Positions 10,406 through 19,870 of a DNA stretch of 64,000 bases are shown one piece after another. The notes below the pieces were generated by a model. That model worked only from the letters and a program-made list of their open reading frames with translations, searched no databases and had not been told where the DNA came from. The stretch's first letter is position 1. Every line of letters starts with the position of its first letter. Both the position numbers and the translations under genes were made by a program. The DNA is from Verrucomicrobiota bacterium (GTDB taxonomy: Bacteria > Verrucomicrobiota > Verrucomicrobiia > Limisphaerales > AAA164-E04), in NCBI GenBank assembly GCA_047947115.1, contig CP170459.1, forward strand, positions 5,696,001-5,760,000. The letters are read 5' to 3'.

Positions 10406-10572
10406 AAAGCAAGAGGATGCCCCCACCGGAGGCATCCTCAGTTTCTTGCCGCACCCAGCATGGCGAATCGCACCAGATCCACGCAAGCTTCAGTTTTTTG
10501 AGGAACGCTTTTTGAGGCAGAAAATCAAAAAACCTGGAAAAAGTTTTTTTCAATACCGGTTCCCATCAAAGT

Positions 10573-10902
10573 CTATGGATGTTGCCATCCAAACAGAGAA
10601 TGCATGTTATGTGCCATGGAGGATTCCTCGTTCACATTCAGCCTTTTGGTCTTGAAGATATCATCCAGATCCGACAGCCGGGTGGTGACAGCCATTACCG
10701 GAATCCAGGCTTCGCTATAGGCAGTATATTCCTCCAATGACTCCGGAGGCGTCACAAAATGCAGTGAATTGCCATGATGATAAGGAAGCAACCACTGCAG
10801 GTGACGCAGGTTTTGTATTCGGTGTAATGCTTGTCGTGTGTGTTTTTTTTCAAGCTTGGCGGCATCATCTTCCGATAAAAACTGCTTCAAAAAAACAACC
10901 AC
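10573..10902 (-). CDS. Hypothetical protein or gene remnant
   Basis: 109-aa ORF filling an intergenic gap, co-oriented with its neighbours; no motif recognised. Confidence 0.3.
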   Translation of the reverse strand: MVVFLKQFLSEDDAAKLEKKHTRQALHRIQNLRHLQWLLPYHHGNSLHFVTPPESLEEYTAYSEAWIPVMAVTTRLSDLDDIFKTKRLNVNEESSMAHNMHSLFGWQHP

Positions 10903-11127
10903 AGCCCAACAAGGGGCTATACTGCCTACGCCTCAACACCCGCCCCACAATGGCTCGACACAATCATCCAAACTGACCGAAAACGGACGATGAAACAGGC
11001 AAGAACGCACACCACGAGAAGCGAGCGCTGAATCCAGAGCTTGCGGCAAGCCGAAGGTGTTAGTATTGCTGCGGAGCTTCCATTACAATTCGATAACTGT
11101 TCGAATGCTAACTGGTTTGAAGCAGGT

Positions 11128-14067
11128 TCAAGAGGGAGCTTGCCCCATTTTGGAAAGCATGGGCTTGAGGTAGCGACCGGTGTAGCTTTTTTCCACTTCT
11201 GCAACGTCTTCTGGAGTTCCTTCGGCCACGATTTCCCCACCAAGAGTGCCTCCTTCGGGGCCCAGGTCGATGATCCAGTCGGCGGTTTTGATCACATCCA
11301 GATTGTGTTCAATGATCACCAGTGTATTGCCGGATTGTCGCAAACGATTCATCACCCCCAACAAGGTGGACACGTCATGAAAGTGCAGTCCGGTAGTGGG
11401 TTCATCAAAGATGTAAAGCGTACGTCCCGAAGACCGTCTACCAAGTTCAGCCGCCAGTTTCACACGCTGAGCTTCACCTCCGCTGAGGGTCGTGGCGGAT
11501 TGCCCAAGCTTCAGGTAACCCAATCCCACCTCGGCAAAAGTCAGGCAGGGTTCACAAATTTTAGGAACAGCGCGAAAAAAAGTAGCTGCCTCGTCAATGG
11601 TCATGTCGAGCACATCCGCGATGGTTCGCCCCTTGTAATTGATCTCGAGTGTCTCACGATTGTACCGCTTGCCCTGGCACACTTCGCAGGTCACATAAAC
11701 GGAAGGCAGGAAATGCATCTCTATCTTGAGCAATCCATCGCCCTGACATTTTTCGCATCGCCCTCCCTTAACATTGAAACTGAATCGACTGGATTCGTAT
11801 CCCCTGATCCGTGAAGAGGGCAACCGCGCAAACAGATCGCGAATCTGATTAAAAATCCCGGTATAGGTTGCGGGATTGCTGCGCGGCGTGCGTCCGATGG
11901 GGCTTTGGTCCATGACGATGATTTTGGAAAATTTCTCGTCGCCGTAAATAGCCTGGTGTTTGCCCGGGCGATCCTTGGCTCCATACCATTTTCGCATCAG
12001 CGTCTTCCGAAGAATGTCATCGATCAAAGTGCTTTTCCCGGATCCACTGACTCCCGTCACACAGGTCATCACCCCCAACGGAATCCGCACATCGATGTTT
12101 TTCAGATTGTTTTCTTCGGCGCCCTTGATGGTCAACCAGCCTTTATCTGGCGTGGGTGGAATCCTGTTGGCGGGTACGTCAATGGCATATTCTCCCGACA
12201 AATATTTTCCAGTGAAAGAAGCTTTGGACTTTATAATATCATCGATGGAACCATGCGCCACCACTTCGCCTCCATGCGCTCCGGCACCAGGGCCCACATC
12301 GACCAGGTAATCGGCTTTGCGTATCGTGTCTTCATCATGCTCCACGACCAGCACCGAATTCCCCAGATCACGCAATCGAATCAACGTTTCCAACAAACGA
12401 TCATTGTCGCGCTGATGCAGTCCGATACTGGGTTCGTCCAAAATATAAAGCACCCCCACCAAACCGCCGCCGATCTGTGTGGCAAGCCGGATGCGTTGGG
12501 CTTCGCCGCCGCTGAGGGTGCCGCTTTCGCGATCCAGATTGAGGTAACCCAGTCCCACTTCGTTTAGAAACCGCAAACGGGAAAGGATCTCCTTGATGAG
12601 ATCGCCAGCCACTTTGCTCTGAAATTCGGTCAGGTTCAGCCCTTCAAAAAACAGTTGTGCCCGTTCAATGGTCAGGTGACACACATCCATGATGGACAAA
12701 CCCGGAATATCCGGAAAAGCGAGTTTGGAAGCTCCACCCTTTCGAACAAAATCAACATCCCCCAAAGTTGCCGCCAGCACTTCTGGGCGGAGACGCAATC
12801 CTTGACATTGATCACAGGCCACTGGGCTCATGTAGGATTTGAGACGGTTTCGACTGGTGTCACTCTCGCTTTCCTCGAATTGTCGTTCAAGCATGGGAAT
12901 GACCCCTTCGAAAGCACGTTTTTGGACCCGACGAGTAGAGCCTTTTCCGACTTGAAAGGAAATTTGCTCGCCCCCTGAACCGTATAAAAGCACTTCGCGA
13001 AACGTAGCTTTCAAGTTCTTGAATGGCGCATCCATGCGTTGGCCATAGTGTGAGGCCAGGTCCTTGACCAGAGTGTCGTAGAATAAAATCTGGGTCTTGG
13101 CCACTTTCCTTAACGGAAGAATGGCACCATCGGCGAGGGATTTTTTGGGATCGGGAATGACCAGGTCCGGATCAAATTCCATTTGCTGTCCAAGTCCGTG
13201 ACACGATTCACAAGCCCCGGAGAGGGAGTTGAAAGAAAAATGCTTTGCCTCGAGGCGTTCATACGTTTTGCCTGTTTCGGGACTGTATAGCCTGTTGGAT
13301 CGAGTGCGTTCCTCCCACACCTCCTGATCCCGATTTTCAGGTGTTTGCACCAATAGCAGCACGACGCCACCGCCCCAGCGCAGAGCCGTTTCGATGGAAT
13401 CCGCCAGACGCACCCTCACCTTGTCCTGCACCACCAGTCGATCCACCACCACATCGACCGATTGAAAGCCTCCGGCTTCCAACACAGACGGAGGCAAGGC
13501 TCCCAGGTCGTAATACTCACCATCCATGCGCACACGCACAAACCCCTCTCTGGCCAGGCGGTCGAGCGTAGGCTTGACCGGTTCCTCTTGAAAGAACGTC
13601 ACGGGAGCCAACAACATGACACGCGTTCGCTCGGGCGAGCGCATGACCTCATCCACGATATCCGAAGTCGTCTGATGGTGGATGGGCTTTCCCGTCTCCG
13701 GACAATAGGGTTGTGCCACGTTGGCAAAGAGCAAACGAAGATAATCAAAAATCTCCGTTGTCGTAGCAATGGTGGAGCGTGGATTGCTCGCCGTGCCGCG
13801 TTGTTCGATGGCAATGGCGGGTGAAAGTCCCTCGATGTAGTCCACGTCAGGTTTCTGCATTTGATCCAGGAACTGCCGGGCATAGGACGAAAGGGATTCG
13901 ACATACTTGCGGCGGCCTTCGGCGAAAATCGTATCAAAGGCAAGGGAAGATTTTCCCGAACCACTTAATCCGGTAAAAACCACCAGTCGATTGCGGGGAA
14001 GATTCAGGGAAACATTCTTCAGATTATGTTCCCTGGCTCCCCCGATGCGTATCCATTCCTGACCCAT
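11128..14067 (-). CDS. uvrA: Excinuclease ABC subunit A
   Basis: GAREHNLKN, two Walker A motifs ([16 protein letters not shown]), LSGGEAQR twice, zinc-finger Cys pairs; start set at MGQEWIRI. Confidence 0.98.
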   Translation of the reverse strand: MGQEWIRIGGAREHNLKNVSLNLPRNRLVVFTGLSGSGKSSLAFDTIFAEGRRKYVESLSSYARQFLDQMQKPDVDYIEGLSPAIAIEQRGTASNPRSTIATTTEIFDYLRLLFANVAQPYCPETGKPIHHQTTSDIVDEVMRSPERTRVMLLAPVTFFQEEPVKPTLDRLAREGFVRVRMDGEYYDLGALPPSVLEAGGFQSVDVVVDRLVVQDKVRVRLADSIETALRWGGGVVLLLVQTPENRDQEVWEERTRSNRLYSPETGKTYERLEAKHFSFNSLSGACESCHGLGQQMEFDPDLVIPDPKKSLADGAILPLRKVAKTQILFYDTLVKDLASHYGQRMDAPFKNLKATFREVLLYGSGGEQISFQVGKGSTRRVQKRAFEGVIPMLERQFEESESDTSRNRLKSYMSPVACDQCQGLRLRPEVLAATLGDVDFVRKGGASKLAFPDIPGLSIMDVCHLTIERAQLFFEGLNLTEFQSKVAGDLIKEILSRLRFLNEVGLGYLNLDRESGTLSGGEAQRIRLATQIGGGLVGVLYILDEPSIGLHQRDNDRLLETLIRLRDLGNSVLVVEHDEDTIRKADYLVDVGPGAGAHGGEVVAHGSIDDIIKSKASFTGKYLSGEYAIDVPANRIPPTPDKGWLTIKGAEENNLKNIDVRIPLGVMTCVTGVSGSGKSTLIDDILRKTLMRKWYGAKDRPGKHQAIYGDEKFSKIIVMDQSPIGRTPRSNPATYTGIFNQIRDLFARLPSSRIRGYESSRFSFNVKGGRCEKCQGDGLLKIEMHFLPSVYVTCEVCQGKRYNRETLEINYKGRTIADVLDMTIDEAATFFRAVPKICEPCLTFAEVGLGYLKLGQSATTLSGGEAQRVKLAAELGRRSSGRTLYIFDEPTTGLHFHDVSTLLGVMNRLRQSGNTLVIIEHNLDVIKTADWIIDLGPEGGTLGGEIVAEGTPEDVAEVEKSYTGRYLKPMLSKMGQAPS

Positions 14068-14105
14068 AAAGCAAGATTTCAGAACCCGGGTGAAGGACGA
14101 GCCTA

Positions 14106-14119
14106 TGTTTTCGGGAACG
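14106..14119 (-). promoter_or_regulatory. Candidate LexA (SOS) box upstream of uvrA
   Basis: CGTTC-CCGA-AAACA on the uvrA strand matches the reported verrucomicrobial LexA motif TGTTC-N4-GAACA at 8/10 positions, about 40 bp upstream of the ATG. Confidence 0.4.
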
Positions 14120-14248
14120 AGAGGACAAGAATTTGATTCCCAAAAACACGAGGACAAAATCCGTCTGGCTCCATACGATTCGAAACATCCATAAAACCAA
14201 TAGGGAAAGTCCACGAACGGGCGAACCTGCCTACCCAACGCCCCTCAG

Positions 14249-14489
14249 CAGGCAGGAAGTGTGGTCCCCGGCGTGTCTCCTTGTGGTAAGCACCCTCTTT
14301 TTGCTCTCCGTTTGGAGAATCCAAGGGTTTATAAATGCCAGTTTTAGCTACAAAAGCAAAGAAAAGGAGTTTTGATGCTTCAATCACGCAAGGGTTTTTC
14401 TTTGGTTGGCATTTAAAACTGGCACACCACAAGAGACAGACTGGAACAATCAGCACTACCCGTCACCCAAGAAGGGACCATCCTGCCTG
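14249..14489. repeat. Nested imperfect inverted repeat / candidate structured RNA
   Basis: Five nested Watson-Crick stems: 14249-57/14481-89, 14262-68/14474-80, 14274-87/14426-38 (1-nt bulge), 14336-46/14414-24, 14357-65/14396-404. Confidence 0.65.
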
Positions 14490-14512
14490 TCATGAAATAT
14501 TGAACCAAGCTC

Positions 14513-14544
14513 AAAAAAAACCGCCGTATAAACGGCGGTTTTTT
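14513..14544 (-). terminator. Intrinsic terminator after greA (potentially bidirectional)
   Basis: A8-CCGCCGT-ATAA-ACGGCGG-T6. Confidence 0.9.
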
Positions 14545-14574
14545 CTTGTTAAAGATGACTGATTAAAATGTGTA

Positions 14575-16473
14575 TCAGGCCTCGGAGGCACCTTTTTCAC
14601 TAGTCTGAGCAACGGTCGTATCCCCTTCGTCATGCAGTCCCGCATGCTTGAACTTGTGCTGGTGAGGCTCGATCGAGTTGATCCGATACTTTTTCACCAT
14701 GTGATCCTGCTCCAGATCGACTTCCTCTCCGGCTTTTTTACCGAGAAGGATCTTGGCCAAAGGCGACAAATAACTGATGATGCCACCTTCCGGATCGGAG
14801 TCCCATGCTCCCAGAATGGTGTAAGATTCCTCACTGCCATGGGACAAGTCGGTCACCTTGACCAAGGTTCCGGGATTGACCGTGTCAGTGGAAACATCTG
14901 AAAAGTCGGTTCCTCGAGCACGGGTCAAGTCGGCTTCCAGTTCGGCTTTTCGATTCATCAGAAGCTTCTGCATTTCCTTGGCAGCCTTGTATTCATGGTT
15001 TTCACGCAAGTCACCATAACTACGGGCCACGGCAATTTCCTTGGAGTTCTCGGGGATCTTCTTCTGGACCAACTCGGTGTATTCTTTACGGCGACGCAAC
15101 AAACTGTCCCAGGAAACAAGCAATCCACGGTCTTCTGAAGCGGATTGTTCACCGGAGATAAGGGCTTGAATGGCCGGGTAACATTTAACGATACGACCAA
15201 GCAACGAACGCTTGTCCATATCATCAAAACAGGAACTGAACTGAAGCGCGCGGGTCAGGTCTTTGACCACTTCCAAATCAGCGGTTTCGATCAATTCTGG
15301 AATCAAATCCTGATCTCCCATGATGAAATCGTTCAAACGACTGGTTTTCTTTTCGTTGAACTGATCGCGCTCCATGGCCGTGATCATGGCGCGGAACACC
15401 TCGGGCCCAAGGATATCGGCAAATGTATCCGATCGAGATTTGCCGAGCCAAAGCAGCAATTCACTGCTTGCCTGATGTTGATTGACCAGTCGCGACAGGG
15501 ATTCCTTCACTTCTTCCTGACGACCTTCGTCGATGAGCAGATTCACAATCTCGCCCACCAGCTTCATCTGACTGTTGTTTTTGAGTTCCAACAAGTCCTC
15601 CACCCAAGTTTCAGGATGATGAATTTTGTAAGAATTCAAGGCCAGCTTGTTGCGGGTTGCCGGCAGGGCGTCCATAAAAGCGGCCAAGTCTTCCACCAAC
15701 TCCCAGATAGTGCCGTCCTCAATCTGCCCCTCCACGGGTTCTTTTCGCAATCCCTCGCGCAAATCATTGCGGGCAAAAATGGCATCGAGTGTCAGCTCAG
15801 GCTGGTTCTTGACATAATTTGGAATTTCAGAATCCAACAGGTCCATGGATTCCTGGAAGGTATCGGTCACATTCTCGATGTCATCCTGACTCTTGAGAAT
15901 TTCCATGGCAACCACCAGCTTGGCTTTCAAGCCCCGCGCAGCACGCATGTCACCCAACAGACGATCTTGCAGCGAAACTACTTCTTCATTGTATTCAATG
16001 GGTTCGGCTTTCTTGACCGGCACCCGGAAATGACCGTCTTTTTTGAGCTCCTTACGTACGGCTTCCCACCACTTGCGCCAGTCGTCTTCAATGACGTCCG
16101 GAACCAGCGAAGACTGAATCTGAGCCACCGTCGCCTTGCCGCCGTAGCTCTTCAAGACCAGCTTGATCAGATCCATATGATTCACCGCAGCCATCTCGCG
16201 CAGTCCTGCCAGGTCGGTGGCTACTTTTACCTGAATGTGATCTTTGGCCAAAGGGGTCAGTGTCTTGGCTGAAAACCCAAGATCCATCGCATGCCCCGGT
16301 TTATCAGGGAAATCGATCAAAAATCGCGAAAATACCGTATCCACCGTGGTGATCTTCCCAAGCCCCCATGTACGATGGGTGCAATACCCACTTTCAGTCA
16401 GTTGTACCAAGGCTTCCAGATCCTTGGCTCTTATCTTCCCTTCTGAGGCCAACTTTTCAAATTCCTCTCTCAT
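14575..16473 (-). CDS. greA: Transcription elongation factor GreA with a long (~450 aa) N-terminal extension
   Basis: C-terminal ARSYGDLRENHEYKAAKE and ISYLSPLAKILLGK motifs. Confidence 0.9.
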   Translation of the reverse strand: MREEFEKLASEGKIRAKDLEALVQLTESGYCTHRTWGLGKITTVDTVFSRFLIDFPDKPGHAMDLGFSAKTLTPLAKDHIQVKVATDLAGLREMAAVNHMDLIKLVLKSYGGKATVAQIQSSLVPDVIEDDWRKWWEAVRKELKKDGHFRVPVKKAEPIEYNEEVVSLQDRLLGDMRAARGLKAKLVVAMEILKSQDDIENVTDTFQESMDLLDSEIPNYVKNQPELTLDAIFARNDLREGLRKEPVEGQIEDGTIWELVEDLAAFMDALPATRNKLALNSYKIHHPETWVEDLLELKNNSQMKLVGEIVNLLIDEGRQEEVKESLSRLVNQHQASSELLLWLGKSRSDTFADILGPEVFRAMITAMERDQFNEKKTSRLNDFIMGDQDLIPELIETADLEVVKDLTRALQFSSCFDDMDKRSLLGRIVKCYPAIQALISGEQSASEDRGLLVSWDSLLRRRKEYTELVQKKIPENSKEIAVARSYGDLRENHEYKAAKEMQKLLMNRKAELEADLTRARGTDFSDVSTDTVNPGTLVKVTDLSHGSEESYTILGAWDSDPEGGIISYLSPLAKILLGKKAGEEVDLEQDHMVKKYRINSIEPHQHKFKHAGLHDEGDTTVAQTSEKGASEA

Positions 16474-16525
16474 AGTCCTCGTAAATTGCTCGCTTCAAAC
16501 GTCGAAATGCCATTATTACTCAGAC

Positions 16526-17827
16526 ATGCAACAAAAACCAAGACAAATTGCGGCCTGGATTCTCTTTGACTGGGAATCAGGCACCGGATTTGCGGAAAAC
16601 ATCATGCGCCAGGCGCTCACCGGTTCCAAGCTCAAAGCAATTGACCGCCACCTGGTTCAGGAAATGGTTTACGGCGTGGCGCGCAACCTGATGCTGCTCG
16701 ACACCTGGATCGATGAAAAATCTAATCAACCTCCAGGAAAAACACGCGCCCGCAATATGTTGCGACTCGGACTTTACCAACTGGCGTTCATGGATCGCAT
16801 CCCGGACCACGCAGCCGTCCACGAAACGGTTGCCACGGCCCGCCAGCTCGGACTCAATACCCAGGCCGGATTCATCAACGCCATCTTGCGGGGATTTCTC
16901 AGGCAAAAAAACCGGCATCTGGAAGACCTGGCACAATGGAAAACAACTCAACCCCACCTGGCCTGGTCCCACCCCGAGTGGCTCGTCCGATCATGGAACC
17001 AAGCCTTTGGAAAAGAAAACACCGCCCAACTCCTCGAATGGAACAACACCATCCCGGAGGTCTATGCCCGTTGGAACCCATTAAAGGGAAGTCTGGATCA
17101 ACTGGAATCCATGTGGGACGAAGAGAAGGTAGTGCGTAAAAACACGTCCTTTCCCTGGACCGAAGGGATGCACCTGTTCAAAATCCTCAGCTTTCCTTCT
17201 TCCCCGGAAAAACTGGACAGCTTTCAAAAGGGACTGTTCTACATTCAGGATCCCAGCACCTTGCTGGCCGTAAAAATGATGGATGCCCAACCTGAAAGGA
17301 ACATCCTGGACTACTGCGCCGCCCCGGGTGGAAAAACCTCCGCCATGGCGGCTTCCATGAAACAGACCGGACACATCCTGGCCACCGACCCGGATCCCGG
17401 CAGACTGCGTCGATTGAAAGACAACCTGTATCGCCTGGGAGTCCAAAATGCCGATATGGCAGAAAACCCGGAAACCGACTCCGCACAGGAAGACAAACGA
17501 TACGACGCTATCCTTGTGGACGCTCCCTGCTCCAACACGGGGGTAATGCGTCGCAGACTGGATGTCCGGTGGCGCCTGACCGAAGACGAAATACGAACCA
17601 TTACCGAGCAACAAGCAGGCATACTCCAACAAGCTTCCACCTACCTGAAACCGGGTGGAAAAATTGTTTACAGCACCTGCAGCCTGGAAGCCGAAGAAAA
17701 CGGAGCCATCGTCTCCCAATTTCTAAAAGACAACCCAGCATTCAAATTAACCGATCAACAACAACTCACTCCATTTGAAGACGGAGTCGATGGAGCCTAC
17801 GCCGCCACTTTGAAAAAAGCGCAATAG
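16526..17827 (+). CDS. rsmB: 16S rRNA m5C967 methyltransferase RsmB/Sun
   Basis: NusB-like N-terminus; SHPEWL, CAAPGGKT, DAPCSNTG, YSTCS; start at MQQKPRQ. Confidence 0.93.
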   Translation: MQQKPRQIAAWILFDWESGTGFAENIMRQALTGSKLKAIDRHLVQEMVYGVARNLMLLDTWIDEKSNQPPGKTRARNMLRLGLYQLAFMDRIPDHAAVHETVATARQLGLNTQAGFINAILRGFLRQKNRHLEDLAQWKTTQPHLAWSHPEWLVRSWNQAFGKENTAQLLEWNNTIPEVYARWNPLKGSLDQLESMWDEEKVVRKNTSFPWTEGMHLFKILSFPSSPEKLDSFQKGLFYIQDPSTLLAVKMMDAQPERNILDYCAAPGGKTSAMAASMKQTGHILATDPDPGRLRRLKDNLYRLGVQNADMAENPETDSAQEDKRYDAILVDAPCSNTGVMRRRLDVRWRLTEDEIRTITEQQAGILQQASTYLKPGGKIVYSTCSLEAEENGAIVSQFLKDNPAFKLTDQQQLTPFEDGVDGAYAATLKKAQ

Positions 17828-17980
17828 GAGGAACTATCCGGGGACTATCGCGAAGAACAGACTTAAAACCATGCACTGAACGGAGAAGGTCCTTTCTAAG
17901 CCCCGGAACACACACGCTTGCGGATCTGGAAAAAACACTCCAACCTTGCTCCACCTTTGTTTTGTGAAGATGAGTGGACC

Positions 17981-19222
17981 TTATTTTCTGCTTCGATGTT
18001 GAGGCGTTGCGAATCCAGTCGGTTTGCGCTCGATGACATTGGCGAGACAGCGAATCGCTCCGTTCAAATGAAAAACCGTGGATACGTTGATAGTTCGCAC
18101 TTCGAACCCTTTTGATTCATATACTTTTCGGGCCGCGTTATCCAATGCGTCAAGATGGTAAACGGGCATGTAAACAATGGCATGCCCTCTCCGAAAATCC
18201 ATCAGCACGTTATTGTAAGTCACCATCCATTCATTATCCCCGGCGAAGACCCCGGGGAGACGATCAACTTCAAGTCCCTGTTGTTGAATGGCTTGACTGA
18301 TTTGATCAAATTGATCACTCAACCGGTCGTCATGCATGAAAAACAATACGCCGCGATCCACCCCTTCCACTTCAGGGTAAGACAAACTCCCCTCGGTCAC
18401 CCCCTCCAGCAGTTGGGTTCCAAGCCTGGGGTCGGCAAGCAAGGTCTTGTTTCCGGGCAGAGGTGTCAGATACATGTCTGCATGAGATTTTGGAACATTG
18501 CCATCCTCATCCTGCAGAAAAACCACATCCTTACCCAACGCCTTCCCCAGCCAGCCTCGAATATCCTCCGCTTGCATCCCTGAAACAAGGTTGTCCGTAA
18601 TGGCGTTGAATCCGACAAAAACATGGTCGGATCCCCCCACAACATTCCCCCCCTCCAAATGCAGAGGCAGCGAAAAATTTCCAACCATTACGCCCTGATC
18701 GCTCATTGACTGAAAGACCTCCAGATCCTTCCATTCTTCTTCCCGATACCAATCGGCGCCCAGAGGCAACAAACTGGAAGCTGGTTTAAAATCAGCGCGC
18801 ATGCGGGCAATGATCCGGTCACGCGACCAGGCCGAGGTCAAAAAACCAACTTCAAGAAACTGGATCGCGCGAGGTTTTCGGCTCAACGGTTCTCGAAACC
18901 GCTTCCTGAAATCGTCGATTGATACCGAGTCTGCCGCGCACACCACGATGCCGATTTCCACCGGCAACTGGTTGAGCAAATCCTGATAGGGCGGGCTGAC
19001 ACTCGGAGCGTCAGAGACGGAATAAAGCAAAAGAATTCTGGAGATGGCCCCACTGGCATCATCCAGGACACGGGGTTGAAATTCCGGCAAGGCCAGACGG
19101 TGAACCACCGGAGTCGATGTGATTGCTTTGGGCTTCAGTCCGGAAACCACCCCGCCCAGTGCCGAAACATGAGCCCCATGGGCAACAACCAACAAAGCGG
19201 CCAAACAAGAGAACCATTTCAT
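17981..19222 (-). CDS. Secreted amidinotransferase-superfamily protein (agmatine/peptidyl-arginine deiminase-like)
   Basis: Signal peptide; WSRD, LEGGN, HADM, TYNN and C-terminal GAIRC catalytic Cys motif. Confidence 0.75.
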   Translation of the reverse strand: MKWFSCLAALLVVAHGAHVSALGGVVSGLKPKAITSTPVVHRLALPEFQPRVLDDASGAISRILLLYSVSDAPSVSPPYQDLLNQLPVEIGIVVCAADSVSIDDFRKRFREPLSRKPRAIQFLEVGFLTSAWSRDRIIARMRADFKPASSLLPLGADWYREEEWKDLEVFQSMSDQGVMVGNFSLPLHLEGGNVVGGSDHVFVGFNAITDNLVSGMQAEDIRGWLGKALGKDVVFLQDEDGNVPKSHADMYLTPLPGNKTLLADPRLGTQLLEGVTEGSLSYPEVEGVDRGVLFFMHDDRLSDQFDQISQAIQQQGLEVDRLPGVFAGDNEWMVTYNNVLMDFRRGHAIVYMPVYHLDALDNAARKVYESKGFEVRTINVSTVFHLNGAIRCLANVIERKPTGFATPQHRSRK

Positions 19223-19251
19223 AAACCGGGATTAAACCGCGACTCAAAGCA

Positions 19252-19584
19252 TCAGGGTTGGGCATCTGCAGTATTAAGAAACACGGTGTGTGACCGGTGA
19301 TCCAAATAGTCCTGAGCCTGCTCAAATAAAACGACACCGCCCCAACAAAGGAAGCAAAGCAACAAAGTGAACCCGATCACCCGCATCCCTTGCACCAGCC
19401 AAAGGGAATTCTGCTGCCGAGCGCGGCGAATGGCCAATTCAGGATCCAAAGCGCTACGCCTGGGATGACGATTCATGGGACGAGAAACATCGGAGCCGGA
19501 AGAAGTATCCCTGGCTGCCAGTTGGGCTTCCAATTGTTCCACTCTTTTTTCCAGCCGCTCAACTCGTTCCTCAAGAGGATTCAT
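19252..19584 (-). CDS. Hypothetical membrane protein with N-terminal coiled coil
   Basis: LEERVERLEKRVEQLE heptads and one TM segment. Confidence 0.55.
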   Translation of the reverse strand: MNPLEERVERLEKRVEQLEAQLAARDTSSGSDVSRPMNRHPRRSALDPELAIRRARQQNSLWLVQGMRVIGFTLLLCFLCWGGVVLFEQAQDYLDHRSHTVFLNTADAQP

Positions 19585-19870
19585 GTCGCCATTATCGCGT
19601 CGATATCAGAGGAGTCAAATCAATCTCAGAGGCACCAAATCATTATCAGGGATAGGTTTCGTTCCTGCCTGCCCCTTGATGCCGGTTATTTGTTTGATCC
19701 CACGTTTGAAGATCTGGCGCTATGAAGCGCGATGCACCGTACCTCTCCGGGACTGGTCCGCGTTCAAAAGAAACGTACTTTTAGCTTGGTCAATTCCCCG
19801 GATTCCATCACGACAGACAGGCCAGCAATCTTGGTTTCCTTGTCTTGTCTTTTCTCAGGACACCCATAGC

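Noticed and set aside
11041..11814. Long antisense ORFs (also 15145-16272, 33298-34236, 36219-37259, 41488-42255)
   Set aside because: They are shadows of well-supported genes on the opposite strand and show no motifs.
14200..14290. ZTP riboswitch or SRP RNA identity for the uvrA leader
   Set aside because: Only fragments resemble the consensus; core motifs are missing and the gene context does not fit.
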